A stretch of DNA of 64,000 nt from Macrostomum lignano. Its lineage: Eukaryota. The position numbers and the translations under genes were made by a program. The stretch covers positions 1 to 64,000 of the forward strand of contig NIVC01003697.1 in assembly GCA_002269645.1 (NCBI GenBank), in the 5' to 3' direction. The notes under the pieces are model-generated. The model saw only the letters and a program-made list of their open reading frames with translations. It was not told the origin of the DNA and searched no databases. This document shows, in pieces, positions 49,056 through 60,520 of this stretch. Every line of letters starts with the position of its first letter. The first letter of the stretch is position 1.

Positions 49056-49802
49056 TAGCTTTTTGCAGCCCATTTGGGCTTACGCGCATTGAATTTAATC
49101 CAAGATATGTTTGTCAAAGTAATGGAGCTTTTGTCTATGGTAGCAAGGCTGGCACAGCGGCATTTAATTTGGTCCAACAAGCATTAATTTGGTCCATTTA
49201 GTTCATTTGCAGCTCAATCCCAGAATTGTGGACCATATGCTAGGCTGTTGAACGAATGTCATTGGCTTGTGATCAAAGCACTCGACGGAGGTGAACACCC
49301 AAAGGACATTGCAAGGTTGCTGAATGTAAAAGAAAAGGTGGTTTATAGCATCCAGCAGCGCCTTGAAACTCTGCCGGCAGAGATTGCCTGCGAAAGGTTG
49401 GCAATCGCCAAGGAAAGTTGCTCGAGAGCCTCAGGTCCAACTGCTACTCGATGCTGTGGAGACGAACCCTTTGTTGACGTTTCAGAAAATGCAGCAGAAG
49501 TTGAGGGAACAGCTCTAGTTGATTATCAGATTGCGACTATCAGCAGAGCTCTGGAAAAGCGACTGAAAATTTTTGGTAGAGACGCTGACATTCCAGCGGT
49601 GCGCAACAACCTGCAGACGGTTGAGAGAAGGCAAGAGTTTGTCCAATGGCTCACGAGTGTTTGGACCAAATGGATGCTTGTTGGACCAAATCAAATGCCG
49701 CTGCGCCAGCTTTGCTACCATAGACAAAAGCTCCGTTACATTGGCAAACGTATCTTGGATTAAATTAAATGCGCGTAAGCCCAAATGGGCTGCAAAATGC
49801 TA
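49056..49802 (+). mobile_element. Internally deleted IS630/Tc1-like transposon
   Basis: ~140-bp TIRs (49056-49200 and 49665-49802) with TA flanks. The remnant ORF has an HTH (KDIARLLNV) and TISRAL..PAVRN, with no DDE domain. Confidence 0.75.
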
Positions 49803-50242
49803 TATTTCAAGTCTCTGTTCATTCCCAAAGATACAACAAAGTCCAATCTTCTCAGCTCATTTGCTTCACGGTCGAAAAGCTTTGTTTGTTGTAGCGGATT
49901 AGCGCTCCTTAGCTCAGCAACCTGACATACAATAATTAAAAATGAGCAGGTTTATAACAAAATCTTTTGTTGCCAAAATGTGCGCCGGCGAGTTAGAACA
50001 TATTTATTTCTCAGAATAAATTTTAATAAAAACATCTTAAATTTAGTGATTTAAGTAGTGTTATTTTTGTATGTATATTTACCTTAAATATTTCTTCAAA
50101 GTTATCGCCAACATCTTTTTTAGAAATATATAATTTAGGTTAGGGAACTAATCCAGTAATCCACTGAAGTTGATTTCGATAAGTTAAAATCTTTAAAGAT
50201 AAATTTACACCTAGTCCTAGTAGAGCCAACCGCCTACTTAGT

Positions 50243-51130
50243 AAACTTGCTAACGAAGTTAACGAACCAATGTTGTAACATTTCAATTTAGACCTACAGA
50301 CATCCACGATCCACCTAAGTCCTAACATATGCATCACATGTAGGGGTAAATGTAGGGGTAACAAAGTAGTAAAATTTCAGTAATTACATTTAATTATTGA
50401 AAATAGTTCTAATATATAAAGTCCACATTAAACAGTATTAACAGTTAAAACTTTTCTTGATTGTCAATGCAAAAGCATAATTATTTTCATTTTTTTGGCC
50501 CAATAACCTATTCTTATATACATTTAATTTTTGTACTCAGTCTTAGTGTTAGGCCTATACTATACCTACCTATACCTAAGAAGCTAAGGCATACTGATTA
50601 AAATGGGGCTTGATAGCTATAGATAGTAGCTAACAAACAGAGTTAATCGCCTCTATTTTATGATTTAATTTTTTCATAGATTTGCTTATATGGTTATATT
50701 TGTGTTACTGCTGTTACCAAAGTGGCTCTAAGGCTTTCCTATCTTATAGCTATCATAAAATTTTTAACAGATGTAATATAGAACATTTATAGATTTTTGA
50801 CTGATATCTATATATAATGTCTAAGCAAAAGTCTAAGAATAAGTCTAAGTATTTCTTACTTGTTATGCTTACTAATAGTATTCTTCTTACTTATTAGCTT
50901 ATAATTAGTAAAATACCAAATCTTTACTATATACCAAGCAGTCTCGAAATGTCTTATATAGTTGTCTGCTGTTTATTTAAACTTGCTAACGAAGTTAACA
51001 AACCAATGTTGTAACATTTCAATTTAGACCTACAGACATCCACAATCCACCTAAGTCCTAACACATGCATCACATGTAGGGGTACATGTAGGGGTAACAA
51101 AGTAGTAAAATTTCAGTAATTACATTTAAT
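50243..51130. repeat. ~150-bp direct repeat pair (50243-50394 and 50979-51130)
   Basis: Near-identical sequence aaacttgctaacgaagttaac..cagtaattacattta. Confidence 0.8.
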
Positions 51131-52136
51131 ATTTGAGAACTAACTCAATACTGTATCTGATAAAAATACAATTTAAATAATATTGAAAGAAATTAAAGTT
51201 GAATATTATTATTAAGTATTAGCATAGTTGAGCAAACCTTAAATATTATTTACTTATTAGAAGACTATTAAAACAACAATGATTGGTACAATTTTTAATA
51301 TAGTATGCTGATATAATTTTTAAAAATTTCAATGACCATTCATATTTTGTTTTTTAGTTATATCTCTCTCACATTCTAGGCCTATTGCACTTTGGCTTAG
51401 AGACATGTGATAGTTTAAATGAACTATACTTTGTATGCATTATATTCTTCATATTTGTGCTTTACCTATGAGTGTTTTGCCATGAGTTATATAAAAAATA
51501 ACTTTTTTTAAAAACATATGCAGGGTTTTCTGAGATTTAATAATAATCCTGTTTTGTTATAATTTATTGACAAAACACTGCAGAAAGAAACTCGTGCCTC
51601 AGTGCTGTGAGATGCCCCAGTATTGCCACTGGAGCTGCCAGCATTGCCATGAGATTGCCATTCTCTGTACGCCGCCGTGGCCGCCTATTGTCAGCTCTGC
51701 TGGCTGGCTGCTCCCTGCTCTGCCTGCTGTCCATCGCACGTGATGGCTCTGCCGGCAGAGCTGCCAGCAGCAGCCCAGATTGCCAGTGTGAAATCGCGGG
51801 CAGCCTCGGGGTGGCATCGGCGGCCGGCTCCGGCGCAAATGCTTCACTGGCTGCTGGGCCCAGCCTGACCCCAGGGCGTCAGCAACTGGACTGCCAGGCC
51901 ATCCATGTGGCGCTCATTGTTGGCGGCCAAACCGCCACTCGCTACGCTGTGACGGTGGTCAAGAGTGTCCTGTTTCACCGGTCAACCCCATCCACCTGCA
52001 TCTGGTCACTGCAGGCCGAGCAGAGCGGGTGCTCAAGACTTTGTTTCGAACTTGGAGAATTCCTCACCTCAGAGTGGATTATTATGATACAGCCACTGAT
52101 CAGGTAGGTCTAATGTACTGTTTCTTTGTGTAGGTG

Positions 52137-52707
52137 TGTCCGAGATTGAACCTTACTGTGAATGGTAGGATTCCCCTGTGAATGGTAGGATTCCCCTGTT
52201 AATGGTAGGATTCCCCTGTTAATGGTAGGATTCCCCTGTGAATGGTAGGATTCCCCTGTGAATGGTAGGATTCCTCTGTGAATGTTAGAATTCCCCTGTG
52301 AATTCACAGGATTCCCCTGTGAATGCCAGAATTCCCCTGTGAATGCTATAATTTCCTTGGGAATGGTAGAATTCCCTTATGAATGTTAGAATTCCCCTGT
52401 GAATGTTAGAATTCCCCTGTGAATGGTAGGATTCCCCTGTTAATGGTAGGATTCCCCTGTGAATGGTAGGATTCCCTTGTGAATGCCAGAATTATCCTGT
52501 GAATGCTATAATTTCCTTGGGAATGGTAGAATTCCCCTGTGAATGGTAGAATTCCCCTGTGAATGTTAGGATTCCCCTGTGAATGTTAGAATTTCCCTGT
52601 GAATGGTAGGATTCCCCTGTGAATGTTAGGATTCCCCTGTGAATGTTAGAATTCCCCTGTGAATGGTAGGATTCCCCTGTGAATGTTAGAATTCCCATGT
52701 GAATGTT
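52137..52707. repeat. 20-bp minisatellite in LARGE intron 1 (gaatggtaggattcccctgt)
   Basis: Tandem units. Confidence 0.9.
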
Positions 52708-53244
52708 AGAAATCACCATAAGAACTTGTCAGAGCCTCTTTATAATTTTACTAATACGGTACCTTTTTGCAATTACCAGGATGCCAAAGCGAAAAAGCGG
52801 TCCCAATTTTTATATCCGCATTCCTGAACTCCCCCTGCGGCAGGTGAGCTGGCTGTCCAACACGCACTACTCAGGCGTGTACGGCCTGCTAAAGCTGACG
52901 CTGCCCTCCGTGCTGCCCCGGTCTCTCGAGCGGGTCATTGTGCTGGACACTGACGTGGCGGTGACGGCCGACCCCCTCCAGCTGTGGCAGCTGTTCGGCC
53001 AGCTGGCCGAGCGGCCCGGCCTCGCTATCGGGCTGGCGGACAACCTGTCCGATTGGTACCTGTCTGGCAAGGCCGGGGTCTGGCCAGCTCTGGGGCGCGG
53101 CTTCAACACCGGGGTGATGCTCATGCACCTCGCCAGGCTGCGGGCCTGGGGCTGGGACAGGCACTGGCCTGCCGTGGCCAGGGAGTGCGCGGCCAAGCAT
53201 GGACCCGCCCAGCTGGCTGACCAGGTGTGGCGGTGCTTCACCTG

Positions 53245-53640
53245 ATGGGGATTTGGGATATTTTATAGTTGGTGGGGATTTGTAATATTTTTATAGTTGG
53301 TGGGGTTTTGGGATATTTTTATAGTTGGTGGGGTTTTGGGATATTTTAATGTTGGTGGGGTTTTGGGATATTTTATAGTTGGTGGGGTTTTGGGATATTT
53401 TAATGTTGGTGGGGTTTTGGGATATTTTTATAGTTGGTGGGGTTCTGGGATATTTTAATGTTGGTGGGGTTTTGGGATATTTTATAGTTGGTGGGGTTTT
53501 GGGATATTTTTTATGTTGGTGGGGTTTTGGGATATTTTTTATGTTGGTGGGGTTTTGGGATATTTTATAGTTGGTGGGGTTTTGAGATATTTTATAGTTT
53601 CTGAGGATTAGGGATATTTTATAGTTACCGAGGATTAGGG
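53245..53640. repeat. ~28-bp minisatellite in LARGE intron 2 (ttggtggggttttgggatattttatag)
   Basis: Tandem units. Confidence 0.9.
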
Positions 53641-54347
53641 ATATTTTAAATCTTTAATGTGATAACAGAAAGAGTTGGGATATTTCTTTTATTTAAGATT
53701 TTGGCGACTGAATCCCGGAATCCCTCGGCACCAACTCCGCCCGCCCGCAGGACGTCATCAACGCCCTGGTGCGGCGGCACCCGGGTCTACTGGAATGTGC
53801 AGCTCGGTGACCACACCCAGCCGGAACTGTGCTACCGCTCCCCCGCCAACCTGCCCAGCGTTCGCATCCTGCACTGGAACTCGCCGCTGAAGGTTTGGGG
53901 CGCCCGCAGGCATCGATTCGCGCAGCACTTCCACACGCTGTACATGACCTACTTGGACTATGATGGCGGCCTGTTGCGCAGGCGGCTGTTCGCCTGTCCG
54001 GACGATGGCGCGGAGGACGACCAGGACCAGCTGCTGGCAGAGGACGCCTCCGGTGCCAACTCGCTCGCCGGCCCGGCTGCCGCTGGCGTCAGCGCCGGGG
54101 ACGAGTGCTACGAGATGCGGGCGGAGCAGCGGCTGGTCCGGAGGACGCACCTGTACTACTTGGAGTACAACTACACCGCCCAGGGGCCTCACGATGTCAC
54201 CCTGGTCAGCCAGCTCAGTCTGGATCGGGTACAGCTGCTGGAGAGCCTGTCGCGACACTGGGCCGGCCCCATCAGCCTTTGCATCTACGTCACGGATGCT
54301 GAGGCCCACCAGTTGGCCACCTTTGTTGAGTCTTCTCAGGTTTGTGC

Positions 54348-54632
54348 GATCCCACATCCCTAATTAATGAGATCCCACATCCCTAATCAATGAGATCCCA
54401 CATCCCTAACCAATGAGATCCCACATCCCTAATCAATGAGATCCCACATCCCTAACCAATGAGATCCCACATCTCTAATCAATGAGACCCCACATCCCTA
54501 ACCAATGAGATCTCACATCCCTAATCAATGAGATCCACATCCCTAACCAATGAGATCCCACATCCCTAACCAATGAGATCCCACATCCCTAACCAATGAG
54601 ATCCCACATCCCTAACCAATGAGATCCCACAT
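54348..54632. repeat. 23-bp minisatellite after LARGE exon 3 (gatcccacatccctaaccaatga)
   Basis: Tandem units that abut coding sequence at 54633. Confidence 0.9.
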
Positions 54633-55090
54633 CATGAGTCCGAGGGCCACCGGGCCACGGACTTCACCCGGTGGAAGTCGGCCACCCAGTCGTACCCGGT
54701 GACCTGGCAGGCTGACTTCGAGCCCTACGTGGTCATCGGCCGGGACGCCGCCAGGTTTGACACCAGATTCGTGGGGTTCGGCTGGAACAAGGTGTCCTTC
54801 ATCATGCAGCTGGACATCCTGGGATTCGCTTTCCGAGTGCTGCCCAATGCCTTCATCGTGCACCTGCCGCACGCGCCGAGTCTGGACGTGGCGAGGTTCA
54901 GGTTCATACCGGAGTACCGACACTGCATCAACACGCTGAAGGTGGAGTACATCAAGTACTTGGCTAAGAGGCATGGAGTCCGCGCGCTCAAGTATTTGTC
55001 ATTTCGTAGGGACGCGAGTGGGTCTGTGGGATCGTCCTAGCAGCATTCCCTGGGACTCTTGGGTAGCTGGATCTTGCGTCACTGGCTGCT

Positions 55091-55730
55091 GAGATGCTGT
55101 GTGTCTCACTGAGATGCTGTGTGTCTCACTGAGATGCTGTGTGTCTCACTGAGATGCTGTGTGTCTCACTGAGATGCTGTGTGTCTCACTGAGATGCTGT
55201 GTGTCTCACTGAGATGCTGTGTGTCTCACTGAGATGCTGTGTGTCTCACTGAGATGCTGTGTGTCTCACTGAGATGCTGTGTGTCTCACTGAGATGCTGT
55301 GTGTCTTACTGAGATGCTGTGTGTCTCACTGAGATGCTGTGTGTCTCACTGAGATGCTGTGTGTCTTACTGAGATGCTGTGTGTCTCACTGAGATGCTGT
55401 GTGTCTCACTGAGATGCTGTGTGTCTCACTGAGATGCTGTGTGTCTCACTGAGATGCTGTGTGTCTCACTGAGATGCTGTGTGTCTCACTGAGATGCTGT
55501 GTGTCTCACTGAGATGCTGTGTGTCTCACTGAGATGCTGTGTGTCTTACTGAGATGCTGTGTGTCTCACTGAGATGCTGTGTGTCTCACTGAGATGCTGT
55601 GTGTCTTACTGAGATGCTGTGTGTCTCACTGAGATGCTGTGTGTCTCACTGAGATGCTGTGTGTCTCACTGAGATGCTGTGTGTCTCACTGAGATTCTGT
55701 GTGTCTCACTGAGATGCTGTGTGTCACTGA
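55091..55730. repeat. 20-bp minisatellite (gagatgctgtgtgtctcact)
   Basis: About 30 near-identical units 3' of LARGE. Confidence 0.95.
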
Positions 55731-56308
55731 GAATCGCATGATAGATACTTAAGATTTTCACTTCAACAAAAAGATTTTAATTTCTGCTATTTACGCCAAT
55801 TTTTTCAACATATCCTCCTTATACTACTTAACAAGTGAGCAAAATATCAGTAGTATCAGCTGAACACCAGCCGCAGACATGCAGTTGTTATTCCACTCCA
55901 GTTCATTCTAGTCAAAGCGACTTTGTTCTTTGCTTTTATTTGCTAAAGTATCGATTGGAAATTGCTAGCAAAATGTTGTGCACCAAATGCGGGTTTTTAT
56001 TCGTGTACTCTGCACACTTTACACCAATGTTTATCTTGCACCGATCACGTTCTTATCAGTTCGATTTAAATCCCAATTTGACCCTGATTTGTAGCATTTA
56101 TTGCATTTTAATTGCACGGCGAATTCAATCGATTGCTTAATTGATCAATTATTAGTTCATCTTGTGCTGCAATGTGTAAAATGAAAAGGCTTAATTAAAA
56201 ACACATTTTACAAATTAAATTTGTTAAAGCTAGGGATATAATTAATACCAACGGCTTCTGAATCTCAAATTGGATACTTGTGAATCTTCCATTATTAATT
56301 TATTTTTA

Positions 56309-58100
56309 TCGGAGCTGTGAATGTGTTAGACACTCAGTGAACTGTTAGAGATCGGAGCTCTGAATGTGTTAGACACTCAGTGAACTGTTAGAGATCGGAG
56401 CTCTGAATGTGTTAGACACTCAGTGAACTGTTAGAGATCGGAGCTCTGAATGTGTTAGACACTCAGTGAACTGTTAGAGATCGGAGCTGTGAATGTGTTA
56501 GACACTCAGTGTGAACTGTTAGAGATCGGAGCTCTGAATGTGTTAGACACTCAGTGTGAACTGTTAGAGATCGGAGCTCTGAATGTGTTAGACACTCAGT
56601 GAACTGTTAGAGATCGGAGCTCTGAATGTGTTAGACACTCAGTGAACTGTTAGAGATCGGAGCTCTGAATGTGTTAGACACTCAGTGAACTGTTAGAGAT
56701 CGGAGCTCTGAATGTGTTAGACACTCAGTGAACTGTTAGAGATCGGAGCTCTGAATGTGTTAGACACTCAGTGAACTGTTAGAGATCGGAGCTGTGAATG
56801 TGTTAGACACTCAGTGTGAACTGTTAGAGATCGGAGCTCTGAATGTGTTAGACACTCAGTGTGAACTGTTAGAGATCGGAGCTCTGAATGTGTTAGACAC
56901 TCAGTGAACTGTTAGAGATCGGAGCTCTGAATGTGTTAGACACTCAGTGTGAACTGTTAGAGATCGGAGCTCTGAATGTGTTAGACACTCAGTGTGAACT
57001 GTTAGAGATCGGAGCTCTGAATGTGTTAGACACTCAGTGTGAACTGTTAGAGATCGGAGCTGTGAATGTGTTAGACACTCCGTGAACTAGCGGCCTGTTA
57101 GAGATCGGAGCTGTGAATGTGTTAGACACTCAGTGTGAACTGTTAGAGATCGGAGCTCTGAATGTGTTAGACACTCAGTGTGAACTGTTAGAGATCGGAG
57201 CTCTGAATGTGTTAGACACTCAGTGTGAACTGTTAGAGATCGGAGCTCTGAATGTGTTAGACACTCAGTGTGAACTGTTAGAGATCGGAGCTGTGAATGT
57301 GTTAGACACTCAGTGTGAACTGTTAGAGATCGGAGCTGTGAATGTGTTAGACACTCCGTGAACTAGCGGCCTGTTAGAGATCGGAGCTGTGAATGTGTTA
57401 GACACTCCGTGAACTAGTGGCCTGTTAGAGATCGGAGCTGTGAATGTGTTAGACACTCAGTGAACTAGCGGCCTGTTAGAGATCGGAGCTGTGAATGTGT
57501 TAGACACTCAGTGAACTAGCGGCCTGTTAGAGATCGGGGCTGTGAATGTGTTAGACACTCCGTGAACTTGTGGCCTGTTAGAGATCGGAGCTGTGAATGT
57601 GTTAGACACTCCGTGAACTAGTGGCCTGTTAGAGATCGGGGCTGTGAATGTGTTAGACACTCAGTGAACTTGTGGCCTGTTAGAGATCGGAGCTGTGAAT
57701 GTGTTAGACACTCCGTGAACTTGCGGCCTGTAAGAGATCGGAGCTGTGAATGTGTTAGACACTCAGTGAACTAGCGGCCTGTTAGAGATCGGAGCTGTGA
57801 ATGTGTTAGACACTCAGTGAACTAGCGGCCTGTTAGAGATCGGAGCTGTGAATGTGTTAGACACTCAGTGAACTTGCGGCCTGTTAGAGATCGGAGCTGT
57901 GAATGTGTTAGACACTCCGTGAACTAGTGGCCTGTTAGAGATCGGAGCTGTGAATGTGTTAGACACTCAGTGAACTAGCGGCCTGTTAGAGATCGGGGCT
58001 GTGAATGTGTTAGACACTCAGTGAACTAGCAGCCTGTTAGAGATCGGGGCTGTGAATGTGTTAGACACTCCGTGAACTTGTGGCCTGTTAGAGATCGGGG
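56309..58100. repeat. 43/45/51-bp minisatellite array
   Basis: Core unit gttagagatcggagctctgaatgtgttagacactcagtgaact, with +gt and +agcggcct variants. Confidence 0.95.
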
Positions 58101-58596
58101 CCGCAAGTTTTAACCGAGTTCAATGGCAATTTTTTTGCTAATTTTAGCAAGCGTGCCTAATTGAATATCTTATTCTTTGAGTCTACTAAACTGAATGAGA
58201 ACCAAGATAAAAGGTGCTCATTGTGCTGGTGTGGGTACTCGTTCTCAGTTGGAATTAGTTTGTTCTCAGGTAAATTTATTACAGCTGCTGTGTGCAAGGT
58301 AGAAAACTAGATTTAGCATTTTGTCTCGGAGACAAAGGGCTTGTCTGGGGCCTGGCAGGACTCCCACTGCTAACACTGCATCACTGCCAAGGCTAAATGA
58401 AAGCAGAGCATTTCCCAGACTCACACTGTTGATGGCGCAGTACTCGTATTCGTGTGCAATGAAACTTATTTTCTCGCGAAATTAATTTGATAAATTAAAC
58501 CGAACAGTAAGAGGCTCGAGGGCTTCTTCTCAAGCCGTCTCTCACGTGTTTCCGACCTTGGCAAAGGCAATGTGCGGAGCGGATCGGGCGTATATC

Positions 58597-58603
58597 TATA
58601 AAT
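58597..58603 (+). promoter_or_regulatory. TATA box of the peptide precursor gene
   Basis: TATAAAT about 60 nt upstream of the ATG at 58664. Confidence 0.5.
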
Positions 58604-58663
58604 AAGCTGGCGTGAACAGCTCGAGTGTTGGAGATCGCAACCAGCTGCACTACACGAGTCACA

Positions 58664-58900
58664 ATGAAGCTCCGGTTTTGTCTCGCAATGCTGACTGCCT
58701 CGGCTTTGCTGCTGCTGGCGCTGCTGCCGGCGGGCGCCAACGGCGAGGCCGAGCGACCGGACGATGATGAGGCCGACGGGCCGCTGGCCGACCTGGAGGA
58801 GCCGAGCAGCTCGGAGCTCGAGGAGGAGCTCGCCGCCCAGCAGAAATGGTTCGTCCGCTGGCGCAGGAGGAGGTGGAGGTTTCGCTTCTTCCGCGGCTGA
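58664..58900 (+). CDS. 78-aa secreted prepropeptide, candidate amidated Arg/Trp-rich antimicrobial peptide
   Basis: Signal peptide MKLRFCLAMLTASALLLLALLPAGANG, then a spacer with 14 D/E residues, then KWFVRWRRRRWRFRFFR-G-stop. GC-rich codon usage like the other exons. TATA box upstream and AATAAA at 58983-88. Confidence 0.8.
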   Translation: MKLRFCLAMLTASALLLLALLPAGANGEAERPDDDEADGPLADLEEPSSSELEEELAAQQKWFVRWRRRRWRFRFFRG

Positions 58901-59084
58901 AGGTTGTCGAATCGATAGAGACTATTGGCTTCTGGATGAAACTCCCCGCTGCGTTTACAGCAGCTTCGTCATGCTGCCATTAAATAAAACTTTTTATATG
59001 AAGCCCTCGACAGTATCTTCTCGACTTTCACGGCATTTCTTTTAGTCTCTTGTAATAACTTTCGATCAATCATCGCCGATTGAA

Positions 59085-59370
59085 GGGGCTGCAGCCCAGT
59101 GGTCAGAGCGTCGGACTCGCGACTGAAAGGTCGGGAGTTCGATTCTCGACCTATTCGGAACAATTTGTGTCCTTAAACAAGACACTTAACTCTGCATTGC
59201 TTCAGTCCACACAGCTGTAAAATGGGTGCCAGCATTAGCTGGGGTAATTGAGAGTGTGTGTGGCGACCCCACAGTCCTTGGACTGAACAGCCGTACGCAG
59301 CCTTCAAATGCGCCGCGCAATAGCTGCGGCTGAGCTGTCGGTTGCCAATCTGATGATCAATTATTATTAG
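59085..59370 (+). mobile_element. tRNA-derived SINE, family 2 (CORE-like)
   Basis: A box cagcccagtgg, B box gagttcgattctc, CORE-like block gtgtccttaaacaagacacttaac..tgtaaaatggg and an (ATT)n tail. Confidence 0.8.
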
Positions 59371-59864
59371 AATCCACTGATTTATTCCACTAAGTTTTAA
59401 TCCACTGATGAAGGGCTGACAAAGTTGACTTGAACGGGGAAGCCTGTCCTGATATTGTTCCGGACCTTTTCAGTGAGTTCACATTCCAGACAGTTGAGAT
59501 GTTCGCAGCTGGTGTTGTTTCAGGCGCCTTTTAGTTGTTTCACAGAATTTGAACTGCTCAAAACAGATGGTTTAATATTTCAGGATGGCTGTCCTCCATC
59601 TAAAGCTCAGCTTAATGCGTCTATTGTTATTATATAACGAATGTTTTCTCGAATGTCATAACGGTAGAAACATAGCCGTAATTTAGTCGGAAGTCGTGAC
59701 TAAGTGAGCTTCGGAACTGCAGCAGCGTCAAAGCGACTTCGAGGCAGCCCAAAGAGGGCTTCTGTTGAAATTAAAGTCAGAATGTCTAGCAATGCCTCGT
59801 ACGCGCGTAAGTCTGAATGCGACATCCTTGGTGTCAATATTGGAGCAGAAGAAACGGAACTTCT

Positions 59865-60230
59865 AAGGGGGGCCGTAGCCCAGCGGTAGCGCAGCTGCTC
59901 TGGTGTGCCAGCGACCCAGGCTCGATTCCAAGTGCAGTCACATTAATTTGGGGCTGAATTGGAATCTCGGCTTGGCTCTGCTCGTGCAATTAACGGCCTT
60001 GAGAGCCAACCCCCCAAGGCGCAGTGAAGTGTACATGCCTAACGATAAAATAAAGTTAGGGCCGCTGTACACTCCTGTGTGAGTGTGTGCCTGCGTACGT
60101 ATCCGCGCGCTTGTCTGCCTGCTCAGGGGAGTTGGCGGAATGGGCAGCAATGCCTCTCGCCGGTTGTGTGCCTGTGTCGCTTAAAGTGCGCCAGGGTGCA
60201 CACAACCCCCTGCCTCTAATAAAAAATAAA
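59865..60230 (+). mobile_element. tRNA-derived SINE, family 1, full length
   Basis: A and B boxes, an A-rich tail and a 13-bp TSD AAACGGAACTTCT (59852-64 and 60231-43). Confidence 0.85.
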
Positions 60231-60329
60231 AAACGGAACTTCTGGCACAACCCCTGGTGTGAGAGAGAATAGAAGTCGGATGTGAGCTATGGAGGGCGGT
60301 GGGACTTTGAGAAGCCACACTCAAGGTTG

Positions 60330-60520
60330 GAACCAAGCAACTCAGCGATAAACGCGTGTGACTCTCGCGTCACAACCGTCAGTTTCGATTCGGTTTGCGG
60401 CGACATTCATTTGGGGCTGGTTAGCACGGAAATTAGCCGGGCGATTCGCGGCCATAAGGTGGCCAAGCCCCAAGGCACAGATCGAGTGTGCATGCCTATG
60501 GTGATGACAAGATCTGGGCT
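60330..60520 (+). mobile_element. Diverged SINE related to family 1
   Basis: Shares tcgattc..acatt(c/a)atttggggctg..gccaa..cccaagg..gtgcatgcct with 59865-60050. Confidence 0.4.

Larger units (their letters stand above)
51649..55040 (+). pseudogene. LARGE: LARGE-like bifunctional xylosyl-/glucuronyl-transferase (exons ~51649-52103, 52844-53224, 53751-54339, ~54633-55040), apparently disrupted
   Basis: Type II TM anchor. GT8 motifs KSVLFHR, VSWLSNTHYSGVYGLLKL, VIVLDTD, FNTGV, LADQ|DVIN and WNVQLGDH. GT49 motifs DVTLVSQLSLDR, FEPYVV, FVGFGWNKVS and FIVHLPHAPS. Frameshifts near 51990 and 53790, and ~100 aa of GT49 absent. Confidence 0.85.

Noticed and set aside
56309-58100. CRISPR-like array
   Set aside because: The units are contiguous with no unique spacers, the context is eukaryotic and there are no cas genes. 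The same applies to the other minisatellites.
58100-58590. NF-kB or STAT sites upstream of the peptide gene
   Set aside because: No full consensus match was seen.
58864-58900. Amidated peptide as ligand of the DEG/ENaC cluster
   Set aside because: It ends in FR-amide, not RF-amide, and lies more than 30 kb away. Co-location alone is no evidence.
59340-59420. Hammerhead cores at CTGATGA motifs
   Set aside because: There is no stem II plus GAAA partner in the right position.
59869-59940. tRNA genes at SINE heads (also 59085-59160)
   Set aside because: There is no complete cloverleaf or acceptor stem, and each continues into a shared SINE body with a tail.
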